From the NCBI GenBank assembly GCA_010356995.1, contig ML996705.1, forward strand, positions 186,001 through 250,000: a DNA stretch of 64,000 nt, given 5' to 3'. This document shows positions 24,535 through 36,049 of this stretch, piece after piece. The DNA is from Trichodelitschia bisporula (taxonomy: Eukaryota). The notes beneath the pieces are model-generated. The model was not told the origin of the DNA, ran no database searches, and saw only the letters and a list, made by a program, of their open reading frames with translations. The stretch's first letter is position 1. The number at the start of each line of letters is the position of its first letter. The position numbers and the translations under genes are program-made.

Positions 24535-25925
24535 TCACAATGGAGGCTCAACTGATGATAGTATCTCCTCGACGACGTCTTTTGGAGTGAGTCCCTCCAA
24601 CAACGCCGCGACAGCTTGGACCGAACTTCCCCACTGAACACTCTTCTCATCCTCTGGCTTAACAATAAGAATCCGGTGTGGATACACCTTGCGGGCTGCG
24701 AGGGCGACAAGTGACGGAGGAATGTAATCGAGGCCGTGGAGCGGAGCAAGCGCACTGGGAGCATCAGTGGCAAGAACGGACAGTATCACGAGATAAATAC
24801 CGAGACAATGCATACAGATGCCGAGTTGCTTGCGCAGAAATGCCCCAAGCTACTACTCGATGCGTTCTTGCAAACACGACAATATTGTGCAGGTAGGCTC
24901 GAACATCCGGACTCAAGCGAGCCTCTGCTGCGAGCCGCTTCAGTGTATCTATGTCCTAAAGATCATTAGATTGACCAAATAACGGATTAAATCCCTTACC
25001 GTTCCCGAAAACGGCATTTGCTTGAAAGAAGTTCGACGACTTCGAGCACTAGGCGTAGGCGGCGGAGACCGAATGATCGAAGACATGGATGCGCTATCGT
25101 CAAAAGGTGACTGTACATCGGCTCGTAGCTCAAGGTTCGTCAAGCCGTCCTCGACTGAATGTATGTGCGAGATGAAGAAGTGGTCATTCTGCGCAGTTAG
25201 CCTGACTTCATAGAGTATGGGGTGGTCAATCTCTCACCACACGTGGAACTGGTCTCCTCATTTGAGCCGTCGAGAGCAGGGCGATAAAGAGGAAATGCTC
25301 GGGGGCGGCATATGAAATGTCATTCATACGGTTGTGTTTCGACCGCATCAGCTGAGCAATGAGCAATGCTCACAGAGACGGAGCTCGAAATACCTCGAGT
25401 ACTTGCACTTGGACTTGCTGCTGGGCAAGATTCAGATGCTTTCCCACAATCACATTCGCGATTTTGGGAGGACGAGATAGGCCCGACCATCGTTGGCTCA
25501 GCGAGGGGCGGCGAATAGAAGTTACAGCCGGAGGAAACAGGAGCTCCTAAGAGGTTCGTGAGTTGCCCATTCAAACAAAGCATACAATCACACCTCTTTG
25601 CGAGTGTCATAAACGGGGGAGAGTACATAGTCGTCGGCGAAGATGGCGCTTGAGAACTCATCGACTGTCGTATTCTCGGAAAAGTCGACTACGGCGCATT
25701 GAAGTTCAAAAGTGCCTGCACAGATCTATAGGCATTAGCACCGGCGCTAGGTTCGCTCGGAAGCGTGAAATTTACCAGCTGAAGCTCCCGTTCCACATTA
25801 TCAAGCTCCTCTTCGTCGGCCTCAATGATGCAATGTTCCCCGGTGACGAGGCAAAGCAGCACGGCGAGCTCAATGTCGCTGAGCTCTTGCGCCTTGTCGG
25901 CCAGCGCATCAGACTCTCCTCCCAT
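24535..25925 (-). CDS. Mtc2-like (maintenance of telomere capping) / Mg-chelatase-like AAA-related protein, multi-exon
   Basis: N-terminus DKAQELSDIELAVLLCLVTGEHCII, internal IANVIVGKHLNLAQQQVQVQVLE and NDHFFISHIH, C-terminus LVALAARKVYPHRILIV...VQWGS...VEPPL*. Several short introns, with junctions not all resolved. Confidence 0.75.
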
Positions 25926-26067
25926 ATGCAAGGCGAGCAGCACATGCAGTGCATTTGCGAAATGCCCTCTTGTTGATGCGGCTAGCGGTGGTGAAGATCG
26001 GATGTTCGACGCAATGGCTCCCGAAGCGGCTAGCGCGTAAGCCCAGTCTTCGGTTCCGACGCATAGA

Positions 26068-26144
26068 CCCCACCGAGCCCCGCTCCCCGCATCGCAACTT
26101 CTCCGCACTTTCCTTAGCCCGGTCCCCGCTGAGCGTCGGCGGGG
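26068..26144. promoter_or_regulatory. Cluster of six CreA/Mig1 consensus sites (SYGGRG)
   Basis: CCCCAC 26068, CCCCGC 26078/26085/26124, CTCCGC 26101 and GCGGGG 26139 in the short divergent promoter. Confidence 0.45.
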
Positions 26145-26266
26145 TCGCGAGAGCGCTTAGAGCTGCTTGCCAGGAGAATGATTTCCATGTTGAACTTAAA
26201 TGATCGGCCGCCGGACGGCCAGGAGCCTAGAAGGTCGGTCTATCTTGTCTGTATGCTAACTTCGCG

Positions 26267-27103
26267 ATGTCACCTTTAATCACGTCTCTGTTCTCCCTGG
26301 AAGGGAAGACCGCCATTGTGCTCGGCGCCACTGGCGGCTTGGGACAAGCCATGACGACGGCACTGGCCGAAGCCGGCGCGAACATCGTCTCTGTGGAGCT
26401 TCCGAGTGATTCGCAATCCGAAGCGCTGCGCAGCAACGTTGAAAAGGCTGGCCGGACGCACATGGTTTTCCACTCCAATGTGGGCGACGCAAAATCTTTG
26501 CGGGGCGCTTTTGCTCAGATTTGGGAGAAGGGCGTGGTCCCCGACATTCTTCTGAACTGCGCGGGCATCCAACGTCGGGGAAAAGTCGAAGAGATCACGG
26601 ACAAGGACTTGGATGATGTGCTCAATGTCAACCTCAAGGCCTCTTTTATCGCTGCCCAGGAGTTCGGGAAGGAACTGCTGCGTTTGAACCGGCCCGGTAA
26701 AATCATCAATATTGCCTCCATCATCAGCTTCATTGGAAACGTGGACATCTCTCCCTACGCGGCCTCCAAGGGCGGTGTGTTGCAATTCACAAAGGCTTTT
26801 AGCAATGAGTGGTCGGGCAAGGGTATCAATGTCAACTGCATATGCCCGGGGTGCGTCCTTTCTCGATTGATGTGCGTGCAAAGGCTTACGTTGGGCAGTT
26901 ATATTCGGACGCCCCTGACCCAGCAGTATTCCAGCGACCCTAAGTACAAAGGCTACAACGAATACATCATCGGGCGCACACCCATCGGTCGCTGGGGAGA
27001 GCCCCAGGATTTGGTTGGAGCCGTCATCTATCTCGCAAGCCGTGCAAGCGACTTCGTCACAGGCACAAGCATCGTGTGCGACGGAGGTCTGTTAGCCAAG
27101 TAG
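26267..27103 (+). CDS. Short-chain dehydrogenase/reductase, KduD / gluconate 5-dehydrogenase-like
   Basis: LFSLEGKTAIVLGATGGLG, LNCAGIQRR, YAASKGG, NEW, PIGRWGEP. 48-nt intron 26851-26898. Confidence 0.9.
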   Translation: MSPLITSLFSLEGKTAIVLGATGGLGQAMTTALAEAGANIVSVELPSDSQSEALRSNVEKAGRTHMVFHSNVGDAKSLRGAFAQIWEKGVVPDILLNCAGIQRRGKVEEITDKDLDDVLNVNLKASFIAAQEFGKELLRLNRPGKIINIASIISFIGNVDISPYAASKGGVLQFTKAFSNEWSGKGINVNCICPGCVLSRLMCVQRLTLGSYIRTPLTQQYSSDPKYKGYNEYIIGRTPIGRWGEPQDLVGAVIYLASRASDFVTGTSIVCDGGLLAK

Positions 27104-27198
27104 CTGGCAATTGGTTCACAATTTTTGTGTCCTTGTGATTTGTGGCTTCAGTTTACATCTCCATCCATTGTAGCTGCACTTCTTGAAGGACGATCTTT

Positions 27199-27768
27199 TT
27201 ACTCCTGTATTTCCCGCTTGTGGAATACACCTGGATGAGTTAGTTGGAGCAAATCTACTATGTTTCCAGCATACCCGGGACTGCTGGCATCCAGGTTGCG
27301 CGTGTCTTGCAAAAGAATTCGCCTTTGGGATGGGCCGCGGGATGCTCGGGGTCATCCAAGCTGCCGACGCAGATGTATCGGAAAAGGGCCTTTGCTCTTT
27401 CCTAGACATGATTAACGTTTGCCAAATGCGAAGAACTTGAAGCAGTTTTACGCCGTATTCGAGAATGTAGCTACCGCAATGACTGCAAAACTCGCGATAA
27501 ATCATGGTTCCTGAACCGTTGTCTGCTTTGTGCTCCTGTGGACGCCCAGCTGTATACTTCACGGCCTGTAAAGGAACCTTCATTGTCAAGCCGTAATTTG
27601 TACCGAACACTTTCTGAGCCATCATCAATTCTTGCCTCTGCGATGCGTATCCCCTCAGATCACCTTGCAGTTTTTGCAGTGGCATAACGACGTCCACGCA
27701 TCATCCACTGAGTCGAGATCGAGCTCGTACTTCAAAGCGCGGCAATAGCAAGAACCTGTGAGCTTCAT
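27199..27768 (-). CDS. GFA (glutathione-dependent formaldehyde-activating) / Mss4-like zinc protein
   Basis: GSCYC, LCHCKNCK|K, REFCSHCGSYILEYG|E, VGSLDDP, PKGEFFCK and VFHKREIQE*, over three introns. Confidence 0.88.
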
Positions 27769-28095
27769 AGTGCTTTCATATCGAGTTGCAACTGCTTGGT
27801 GTTGTTTACGATTAGGAACTGTCCTCAAAGTTGTACTGCGGATCGATGTACCTCTGACGTCACCTCTGACGAACTGAGGGTCCCAACCCACTGGCCGTCT
27901 TCTGAGACGACAATCCACTTTCACTTGTTTGCAGAGCAGTGGCAACTGACAGACTGCAGATGGCATACTTACAGCATACGAACTTGCAGAAGAATCAACA
28001 GGTGAAACCGGTTCTATATTCGACAGGCTACGTTAACCTCGTTAGTGCGACCGTTACAGCGCAAAGCATGCGACTCCGAACTCCGACCCAATCAT

Positions 28096-29510
28096 TCACA
28101 TTCGCTCCGAGTCGCTTGCCATCTCCCAATCTCTCACGTCGTACGGCTGGACGAAATGCAGCCCGACGTGATCCATCCTTTCCCTCCAGCTGGCAAAGTC
28201 GGAGTGGTTGCAGAACCCGCACCACATCGCCGCCTGATCCACAGTGCTGGCGTCCGGTTCCCGATTCCACTCGTCCAGCAAACCGGATTGCTCGGAAGCG
28301 AAGTCGCCCAGCGCAAACCCTTCTCCGGAGCCTTTGAGATGGACCTGCTGGATGTGCTGCTTCAGATTGTCCTTCCTGGCAAACCCTCGATCCTGAACAG
28401 GCCGCATCAAGCAGGCCTTCAAGTTGTGTGCTTTAAAGTGGGCTGTCGTAGGATTCCGCTCCCCGCAAAATATGCACCTGCCCGCCCTGATGGCGCTCTC
28501 CTTCCCCTCCGGCATGCAGATCCAGGCCGCCGGCACATGCGTCGCTTCGTGACGCTTCCAGTCTGCTTTCGTCCTGAAGCAGCTATTGCACCCCAGTGTA
28601 CAGGGGAAGCGCTTGTTGTCTTCTGACGGGAGCATGTGCTGCCGGTATGCGGGCCTCATGGATTGATCCGCAGCCCGCCGCCTGCCCCGCCGACCTCTGG
28701 GCTTGCATCCGGGTAGCGGTGCCGAGGAGTGAGAAGCCGTGTCCGGGTGCTCTTCCCGTAACGACAGGCCCCGGAGTGATGCATAGTCTGCATCGGCCGA
28801 GGCTGGTGACAGAGGATCGCAGCTGCTGCCCGGGTGCGACGTCATAAAGGCATTCTCGGGCTGGTAGCCGGACGGCGAGGTGTAGGTGGAGTAGGCCCAC
28901 GCCTCTGCCCGGGTCCCGTAGGAAGTGCCTTACTTGTTAGTTAACCCGCCGACGGAGCATCCTGCCAACGTACCTGGGGTGGCATCAGGCGTGAGGTCGC
29001 CACTAGTGGGCGGCACGAACGGGTAAGAGTAGTCGGGATGGGGGACGTTCCCATAATCGAAAGCGGCAGGATCAGACCACGCATTTGTGGGTGCTGGAAT
29101 GCTGGTCGGCGGCGGGTAGGCGGTGGACACCAGCAGTGATTGCTCCGGCAGGTACGAGATGGCTGCTGGGTTTTGCGCTGCGGGATACTGCGTTGTGGGA
29201 AAAGAAACCGAGCGCCACTGAATACAGGTCAGCAACCATCACCATTATATCATTGGCAGGGCCATGGGTGTGGCGGTTGCCGTTTGAACTCAAGGCAGAA
29301 TCGTACCGGCTCAGATGGCGCCATATCAAAAGGCGACGTGCTGGCGCCATGCAGCGCATATGCGGCATCGAAAGCGGCATAGCTGCCAACTTGCGGCATT
29401 CCAGTTCCAGAACTCGAGTCGCCGTCAAACGCAAACTGGCCGTCGGTGCCGTAGGCGTACGCTGGATAGCCGTTGGAGACGTATTCGGGTTTCGGACGAC
29501 GGGCCATCAT
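28096..29510 (-). CDS. C2H2 zinc-finger transcription factor
   Basis: FPCTLGCNSCFRTKADWKRHEATH, WICMP, CIFCG, FARKDNLKQHIQQVH and WCGFC...WRERMDHVGLHF. Introns 29218-29306 and 28929-28973 give a continuous frame. Confidence 0.8.
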
Positions 29511-31636
29511 GTTCGGTTATACAGTTGGGAAGAGTCATTGTTAGGCTGGCAGGAGCCACACTGGCTATATACGGGCCGTCGATTTCGTTCCATCCCGTGA
29601 GAGTAATGCCTCCCCCTAATCATTCCAGAAAACCTATCCAAAAGGCTGCAGTTGGTCCGAACCCAACGCATATCCTTGCTGCAAAGCCACAGGAAGATCC
29701 CGGTAGTGGCTAAAAAGATCCATGCGGCATCGCCAAGTCGGCCCACGCACGAGGCCCTGTTCTTGAATGCATGGAAGCGCGGGATGGCCGAGGGGCTGAT
29801 GCTTAGCCAATCACAATCCGCAGAAGGCATCCGAATGATGCGCTTTCCGAATTCTCAATAGTTGCTTTTCCCCCGGTCATCCAATCGTTCACCGGGACGA
29901 CTGCGGCCATCACGTAGCCCTATGACCATCTCAGGGGTCGATGGGGAGCGCTTCGATTGTGGCATCAACCGCAGGTACCGTACAGAGGGGCGTGTGGGCT
30001 CTGTCGGCGTATGGCCGGTTCGAGTTGCTGCTGATCGACCATACAGGATGTGGGATACAACCTCAGGGCAACAGACGGACGACTCCCTTTCCCTTGTCTA
30101 TTGCGACGAGCAGGCTTACGGAGACAGAGCGTACATCCATACGGAGATGCGTCCGGCGGCTTCAGACTATTGCAGAACCCCCGACGGCTTCAGCGATGCG
30201 CTAACATCGGCGGCACCAAGCACAATCATCGAGTGTCATTCCGAAGTGGACGAAGCGCAACGCAAGTCTACGTAATCGAATGCACGATGCATCGTGGCTG
30301 TGTACCGTCTTTTATGAGGCTGGTCCAAGCCCAATGCCGCAAACCCCACGAGCTAATTTCTTTCTAGAAGATCAATAATGTTCCACGCCAAACCGGATGG
30401 GGTAAGCAGACGCACCTTCATGCGCAGCAAATTTTTCACTTGTCCGACGACCAGGGGCCACACATCGACTAAGCCACTATAAGGCTAGGCCCTATGCGTT
30501 GTGTGGCCGGACATTGGGCCACGCCCGACGCACCCGAGCCCATCATGACGCGAGCCAAGGGCGCCCTGCGGTGCAGAATCTGCGGCCCGCATTCGGGGAG
30601 CGCGCCCCTGCGCGATTTGGCAAAGGTGACGCGGTCCCGGGTCCTCCCCACGCGGGCGCAGGAACAGGCTACGGCTTCTTGATCAGGCAGTTTTCCGGGC
30701 GGTAACACCTCAGTCTCACCTCCGCATTTCGGCATGCATCCCCGATCCAGCACTCAGCTGCCATCGATCGGGATATCCGTGTGCACCTGCCTTTGCGCCG
30801 CGACTGGACTGCCCTACTATGAGCTCAGCTGCGGCCGAACTTGTGAATACCGTACAGCACACGTACCGGTATGGTGCGATCAATACGGCAGTGGGAGTCA
30901 CCGATCAGCGGCTACCGGCTGTGATTCGGCAGCTTTTGCAGATAGCCATGCAGATGCCGAGTATCGAAAATCGTGATCCACTGCAGGTGTGATCATACGG
31001 TGCGGTGCGTCCTGCAGTAGTGGAAACTTCGACGCTCGGCATGCGCCACATCATATTTGCACCTGCAGGGGTGCAAACTCCGGGTCCACCAGCCATGTGG
31101 TTCATCTAACATGCCCTGACGTTGCTTAGCCAAACACTACTGACTAGAACTAGTGATTCCAGCGCAACGTGCTCGTATGGCGCTCCGGCCCGGGCCACGG
31201 GGTCCCATCTCCGCTGGCTGAGCAGATCAGTTGATGGTGGGGTTGAGGGAACTCCGGGTGTGGCGGTGCTGAGAGGTGGGGAGGCCGTGATGGGGACGCT
31301 CCGAGCTTATCCCCTCGAATTGCCGGATTGGGAAATTTTGGGCGCTTAGCATTTCGTGGTACGCTATTGGAGTTGAGGATCCACACTCATGTGAGATTGG
31401 TAACTGACGATCTAGTGCCGAGGTCGGCATTCGACGATGTTCATTGCGATATCGCAAGCAATGGCGCAAGCAGTGGAGTGTTGCACGCAATGCTCAAAGC
31501 AGCCTCGGACTTCTGAAGTTTTTTCATAATCGTAACTTCTTCCATTCACATGGGACACGCGCTAACTACTACGCTAAACACGCTATAAGGCCGTTTACAG
31601 CTCCCCCGCAACCCTGGTGTGTCTGGAAATAGACCC

Positions 31637-32766
31637 CTAATAGTCGTTCGTCGCCCCACCCGTCCGTCCGGAGCTCCCATACGAACCCCCATCCGTTCTG
31701 CCAGAGGAACCATACGACTCATCATCGTTCTGCGACCCATAGCTCGTGGTGGTCTCATCGTCACCCCTGCTGCCGGACCCGGAGGACTTCGTCGCGCCAC
31801 CGTACCCGCCGCTCTGAGCTCCAGAGCCGTACGTGTTGGACGAGTCATCATCATCGCCCCGGGTGTTGCTGCCGTAGCCGCTGCTCTTGTTCCCGGAACC
31901 ATAGGTGTTGGACGAGTCATCATCGTCCGCGCGAGTGTTGCTGCCGTAGCCGCTGCTCTTGTTACCGGAGCCGGAGGTGTTATCGTCGTCGCCACGGGTG
32001 TTAGAGCTCCCATACCCGCCGCTCTTGTTGCCAGAGCCGTAGGTGTTGGATGAATCGTCGTCACCGCGGGTGTTGCTGCTGTAGCCACCGCTCTTGCTGC
32101 CAGAGCTATAGGTGTTCGACGAGTCCTCATTGTCACCCTTGCTTCCATACGAGCTCTTGTTGCCCGAGCCATACGAGTCAGACGTAGTATCGCCACCGCT
32201 GCCGTAGCTCGAGGTCTTGTTGTCGTCGTTGTCGTCGTCACGCTTGCTGGAGCCGTAGCCGCTGCTCTTGGTGCCAGAACCGTAGGTGTTGGACGAGTCC
32301 TGATCGTCACCAGTGTTGCTGTACGAGCTGCTCTTGGTGCCTGAGCTGTAGCTGTTGGACGAGTCCTCGTTGTCACCAGTGTTGCCGTACGAGCTACTCT
32401 TGGTGCCTGAGCCGTAGGTGTTGCCATCATCATCGTTCTTCGTGGAACCATAGCCGGACGAAGTGTTTTCACCGTAGGAGCTGCTCTTGTTGCCGCCGTA
32501 GGACTCCGAGGTGTCATCGCGCGAGCTTGATTTGTTGCCGGAGCCGTAGTTGTCTTGGCCACCGCCATAGGAGCTGTCATCGTTGTCCTTAGACTGGCCG
32601 CTGCCGTATCCACCAGAGGACTTGTTGCCAGAGGAATCGCCATCCTGACGTACGTTAGTCGGATATGACTGAGCTTTGATGAATGTCTCACATTGGTGTT
32701 CAGCTTCGACATCAGGTCGGAAGCCTTGCCAACCACTTGCTCCGCGTTGCTAAGAAAGTTCGACAT
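31637..32766 (-). CDS. Hydrophilic S/G/D/N/Y-rich repeat protein (about 360 aa)
   Basis: MSNFLSNAEQVVGKASDLMSKLNTN, intron 32645-32691 (GTGAGA..CTAAC..CAG), then repeats like DDDSSNTYGSGNKSSGYGSNTRG to TAG at 31637. The ORF-track 406 aa translation is the unspliced, wrong frame. Confidence 0.85.
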
Positions 32767-34570
32767 GATAAATATGCGTCGGTGAGCAAATGATACAGAA
32801 GGTTCAATGAGTTTCAGAGGCTGTTCAAACGGATTTTTGCAGAGCGTTTCAAGCGATTGCCGTATTCCTTCAGCAGGTTATCCCGCTTATATACACGTTA
32901 TCTCCCCCATCACACAAAGGGAGAATCAGTGGCGCCTTCTCCCCTCCCACCGTCCCACCACATTGAACCACCACGCCTCCGAAAACTGCGCTCATAAAGT
33001 CAAGTTTTACCCCGCTTTGCCAAAAGCAAGGAAAGCCCGCAATCTCAACCCTCCAGCCCCCCAGTAAAGCACCCAATTCAACCCGCACGTGGCGCCAGCT
33101 CGCGAAGCGAGCGGCCCTCTGATTCGGATGTCGACCGCTATGGCTGCTTGTGGCTAGATCACTGTCATAGCACACCTTCATTGTAATCCTGCTCAACCTT
33201 CTAGTTCTAGGTACGGCGTTATGTGCCCACGGGTATCCCTCGCATTAAGCAGACGCCCGTAGTATGTCAATTAATCTCACAACACAGACCCGCTGCCACT
33301 CACCACGACCGCATCAGAAACCCCCAGCACTGCGTCATTCACCACATTGCCCAGACTTGCCCCGCGCCCCGCTTTGCGGATGAAGCACGGGGCTCACCGA
33401 GCTGGTGGGTGCCGCAGCGCTAGGCTGGATGGGGGAGCGGGACTTGCACAGCCTCGAGCTAAGGCGAGGAGATAGTGGCTGAGCCGGATATGGAAAGTGG
33501 ATGCTGGTTCGTTGCGCGAATTTGGGCATATGCTGGTTGTGGATTGTTTGATTGGGCGATCCGCGTGAGGTGTTCCTGCAGAGATGGTGCGTCCCAGCTG
33601 AGATGCGAAGTGCTAAGGCGATCGTGGTGTTTGGTGTTGGAATTGGTGCCGGGATTGGCGTTCGGGTTGAGCCGATGTGGGGCGATGTGGCTGGTGATTC
33701 GTGGTTGGTGTGACGGTGCGAGCCGTAGGTCAATGGATGCATGACATGCATCGCTGGAGATGTACCACAGTAGTGCTTTGCCGCGTACTTCCGTAATGAT
33801 TCCCTTGTGGCTTACGGGTCTGTAGCTTTAGTGTGTGACAACACGCATGAACGGATGTTGCGGATTGCAAGGCGCAGAAGAAACTCGGTCAAAACCACTG
33901 CAGAGGGTGCGGTTGAGCGAGCTGAGAATGGCGTGCACGCAACGACCATTGGGCTCGTCCCATGCGAAACACTGAAGCTGAATGAAGTGGCAAGAAAGGG
34001 AACGGCGTCTTGCGTGAATAAACGGGCGCCCATCAGCATTCAGCCATCAGTCCGAATGCCGTAATTGGACTTCCACTTCGGGTTAGGCTGGACGGGACAC
34101 GACCGGAAAGCCGACGTCTCTATCCTGTGCCGCTTTGCGGTTGCTCTTCCACTCCGCCTCACCAGACCACCCACTTCGCCGACCACCCTCTCCAACTCAT
34201 TCGCCTTCAGTCAGATAAGGGGAAGAGAGAGGCTGAATAGCTTCCCTGAGGGAGTTGTGCATGCAACTGAATCAACTCTGCTACGGATGTATCACCGACC
34301 GCTACCCCGCATTTTCTGCAAAGCTTCTCAATACTTTTCTCCCTTTCCAACCAAGTTTACTTCTGCTTCCTGCATAACACAACACGCACAGTCGCACGTT
34401 AATTAGTCTGCGCCTGTGATATGCCTGACAGTGTTGTCTTGGTACTCTTTTTAGAGCGGACGCCCATATCTCCAAGCATGGTTGTCACTTCGACGATTTC
34501 GCAGATTTGCTTACGGTTTCAGGTCAAATAACTTCTTCACCGCCCCTTGCTCAGCTCGAACACGAATAAG

Positions 34571-36049
34571 ATGAATTTCCTGGACCTGCATGATGACGTA
34601 CTTCTCCATATTCTTGACCATCTCCCAAAATGGGATCTCATCAGCCTTGTTCAGGTGCACACGCGCTTGCAGCCTCTGGCTGAGAAGTATATCTGGCGAG
34701 AGATTACTTTATTCTATCGTTTCGGGCAACATCATCCGTCCCGTATCTTCCTGCGCCTCCAAACGGCCATCAGCATTCTCGTGGGACGGCAAAGCCTCGC
34801 CTCGAATGTTTTGAAGTTGACTATGGACCGGGAACGGGATTTCCTTAACGACAACTCCATCATGCCTTATTATAATTATGTCCCGGTTCTCAAGGCGCCG
34901 AAGGACCTCGATGGGTCCACAAATCTTGAATGCCGAGTACCTTGGTTCTGCGCCACCATACTACTAAGGTACCCTTGCTCCGACGAGATGAAGGAGAACT
35001 GGGGCAATGAAGTTACCCGAGGGAGCCTTGACGCCCATCTAGGCCTTCTGATACTCTGCTGTACTCGCTTGAGAGAGCTCTCTTTGTCCTACCGCTTTGC
35101 TCGCCAGTCATTTTTCGTCCCAGCCGCCCTCTCGCTCGCATGCGCTGCCTCCCGTCTTGAGCAAAATGACTCCCGTTCAAATCCGATGTTTGGAGATTTC
35201 CAGGCGTTCACCTGCACTGTACGACCACACTTAGGAGGCGGTCCTTTCCTTCCGGAAGATCTGCTGAATGAGCTGGGAAATTTCCCGGAACGTCTACTGA
35301 ATGCGCTGGGACACTTCCCGCATCTCTCTAAGCTCGACCTTTGGCTCAACTACCGTGACCCCGGTGTTCCCCAACTTCCCCCCACCGTCCGAACTCTTGT
35401 GGTGCGCCTCTTGAACAACCTTTACTACAGTGACGAACGTCTGCATAAACTTCTCTGCAGCACACCTAATCTCACCTCGTTAACCTTTGAAGACTATCCC
35501 CAACCGTCTACTGGACTGGCAGACATGTCGTCAGTTCTCCGCTGGTTACAACCCGTGCGAGCAAGCCTACAGGTCCTAAATTTTCAGGGCTGGTCGAGGG
35601 ACGGCCAAGACCACTCATGGGACGTGTGGGCGTATAGGCCATTGGGCAATGGTCTTGCCAACTTCACAGCTTTGCACACATTAAAAGTATATTTGCCCAT
35701 GCTATATGAGACCATCAAAGAGCCCTTCGGCCTTCCGAACCTGCCTCCCAACCTCGAGACACTTTTGGTGCCGGTGCGCCATGGTCTCCCTGGCGAACTT
35801 GGTTGGCGAGCCTACTGGTTTGATGCGATTCAAGAGGAAGAATACCGCATGTCCCTGCTTCGCTTTGAAAACAGAGACGTGAGTTTGACCGCTAGGATGT
35901 ACGTGTTCTTTTCGGAGCTATTAAGGCTTGGCTGGACGACACCCGCCATTTCAGCTCCTTCTGATCACTACCTCAGTAAGGAAAGTTTTGTGGATTATAG
36001 GACTCACGAATATGCACCTCTGTTGATGGCGAAACGTCCTAGGCCTTGA
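34571..36049 (+). CDS. F-box-like domain protein with degenerate leucine-rich repeats
   Basis: Intronless ORF starting MNFLDLHDDVLLHILDHLPKWDLISLVQVHTRLQPLAEKYIWREI. LRR-like segments LRELSL, LSKLDL, LTSLTF, LQVLNF, LHTLKV, LPPNLETL. Confidence 0.8.
   Translation: MNFLDLHDDVLLHILDHLPKWDLISLVQVHTRLQPLAEKYIWREITLFYRFGQHHPSRIFLRLQTAISILVGRQSLASNVLKLTMDRERDFLNDNSIMPYYNYVPVLKAPKDLDGSTNLECRVPWFCATILLRYPCSDEMKENWGNEVTRGSLDAHLGLLILCCTRLRELSLSYRFARQSFFVPAALSLACAASRLEQNDSRSNPMFGDFQAFTCTVRPHLGGGPFLPEDLLNELGNFPERLLNALGHFPHLSKLDLWLNYRDPGVPQLPPTVRTLVVRLLNNLYYSDERLHKLLCSTPNLTSLTFEDYPQPSTGLADMSSVLRWLQPVRASLQVLNFQGWSRDGQDHSWDVWAYRPLGNGLANFTALHTLKVYLPMLYETIKEPFGLPNLPPNLETLLVPVRHGLPGELGWRAYWFDAIQEEEYRMSLLRFENRDVSLTARMYVFFSELLRLGWTTPAISAPSDHYLSKESFVDYRTHEYAPLLMAKRPRP

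Noticed and set aside
22697..29510. Secondary-metabolite cluster (hydrolase, SDR, GFA, TF)
   Set aside because: No backbone enzyme or transporter, and interrupted by the Mtc2-like housekeeping gene.
31546..32766. 406-aa T/A/R-rich ORF-track translation
   Set aside because: Reads through a canonical 47-nt intron into the wrong frame; the spliced frame gives coherent repeats.
31637..32766. Kex2-processed repeat peptide / RiPP precursor
   Set aside because: No signal peptide, only one KR, and no DUF3328/UstYa gene nearby.
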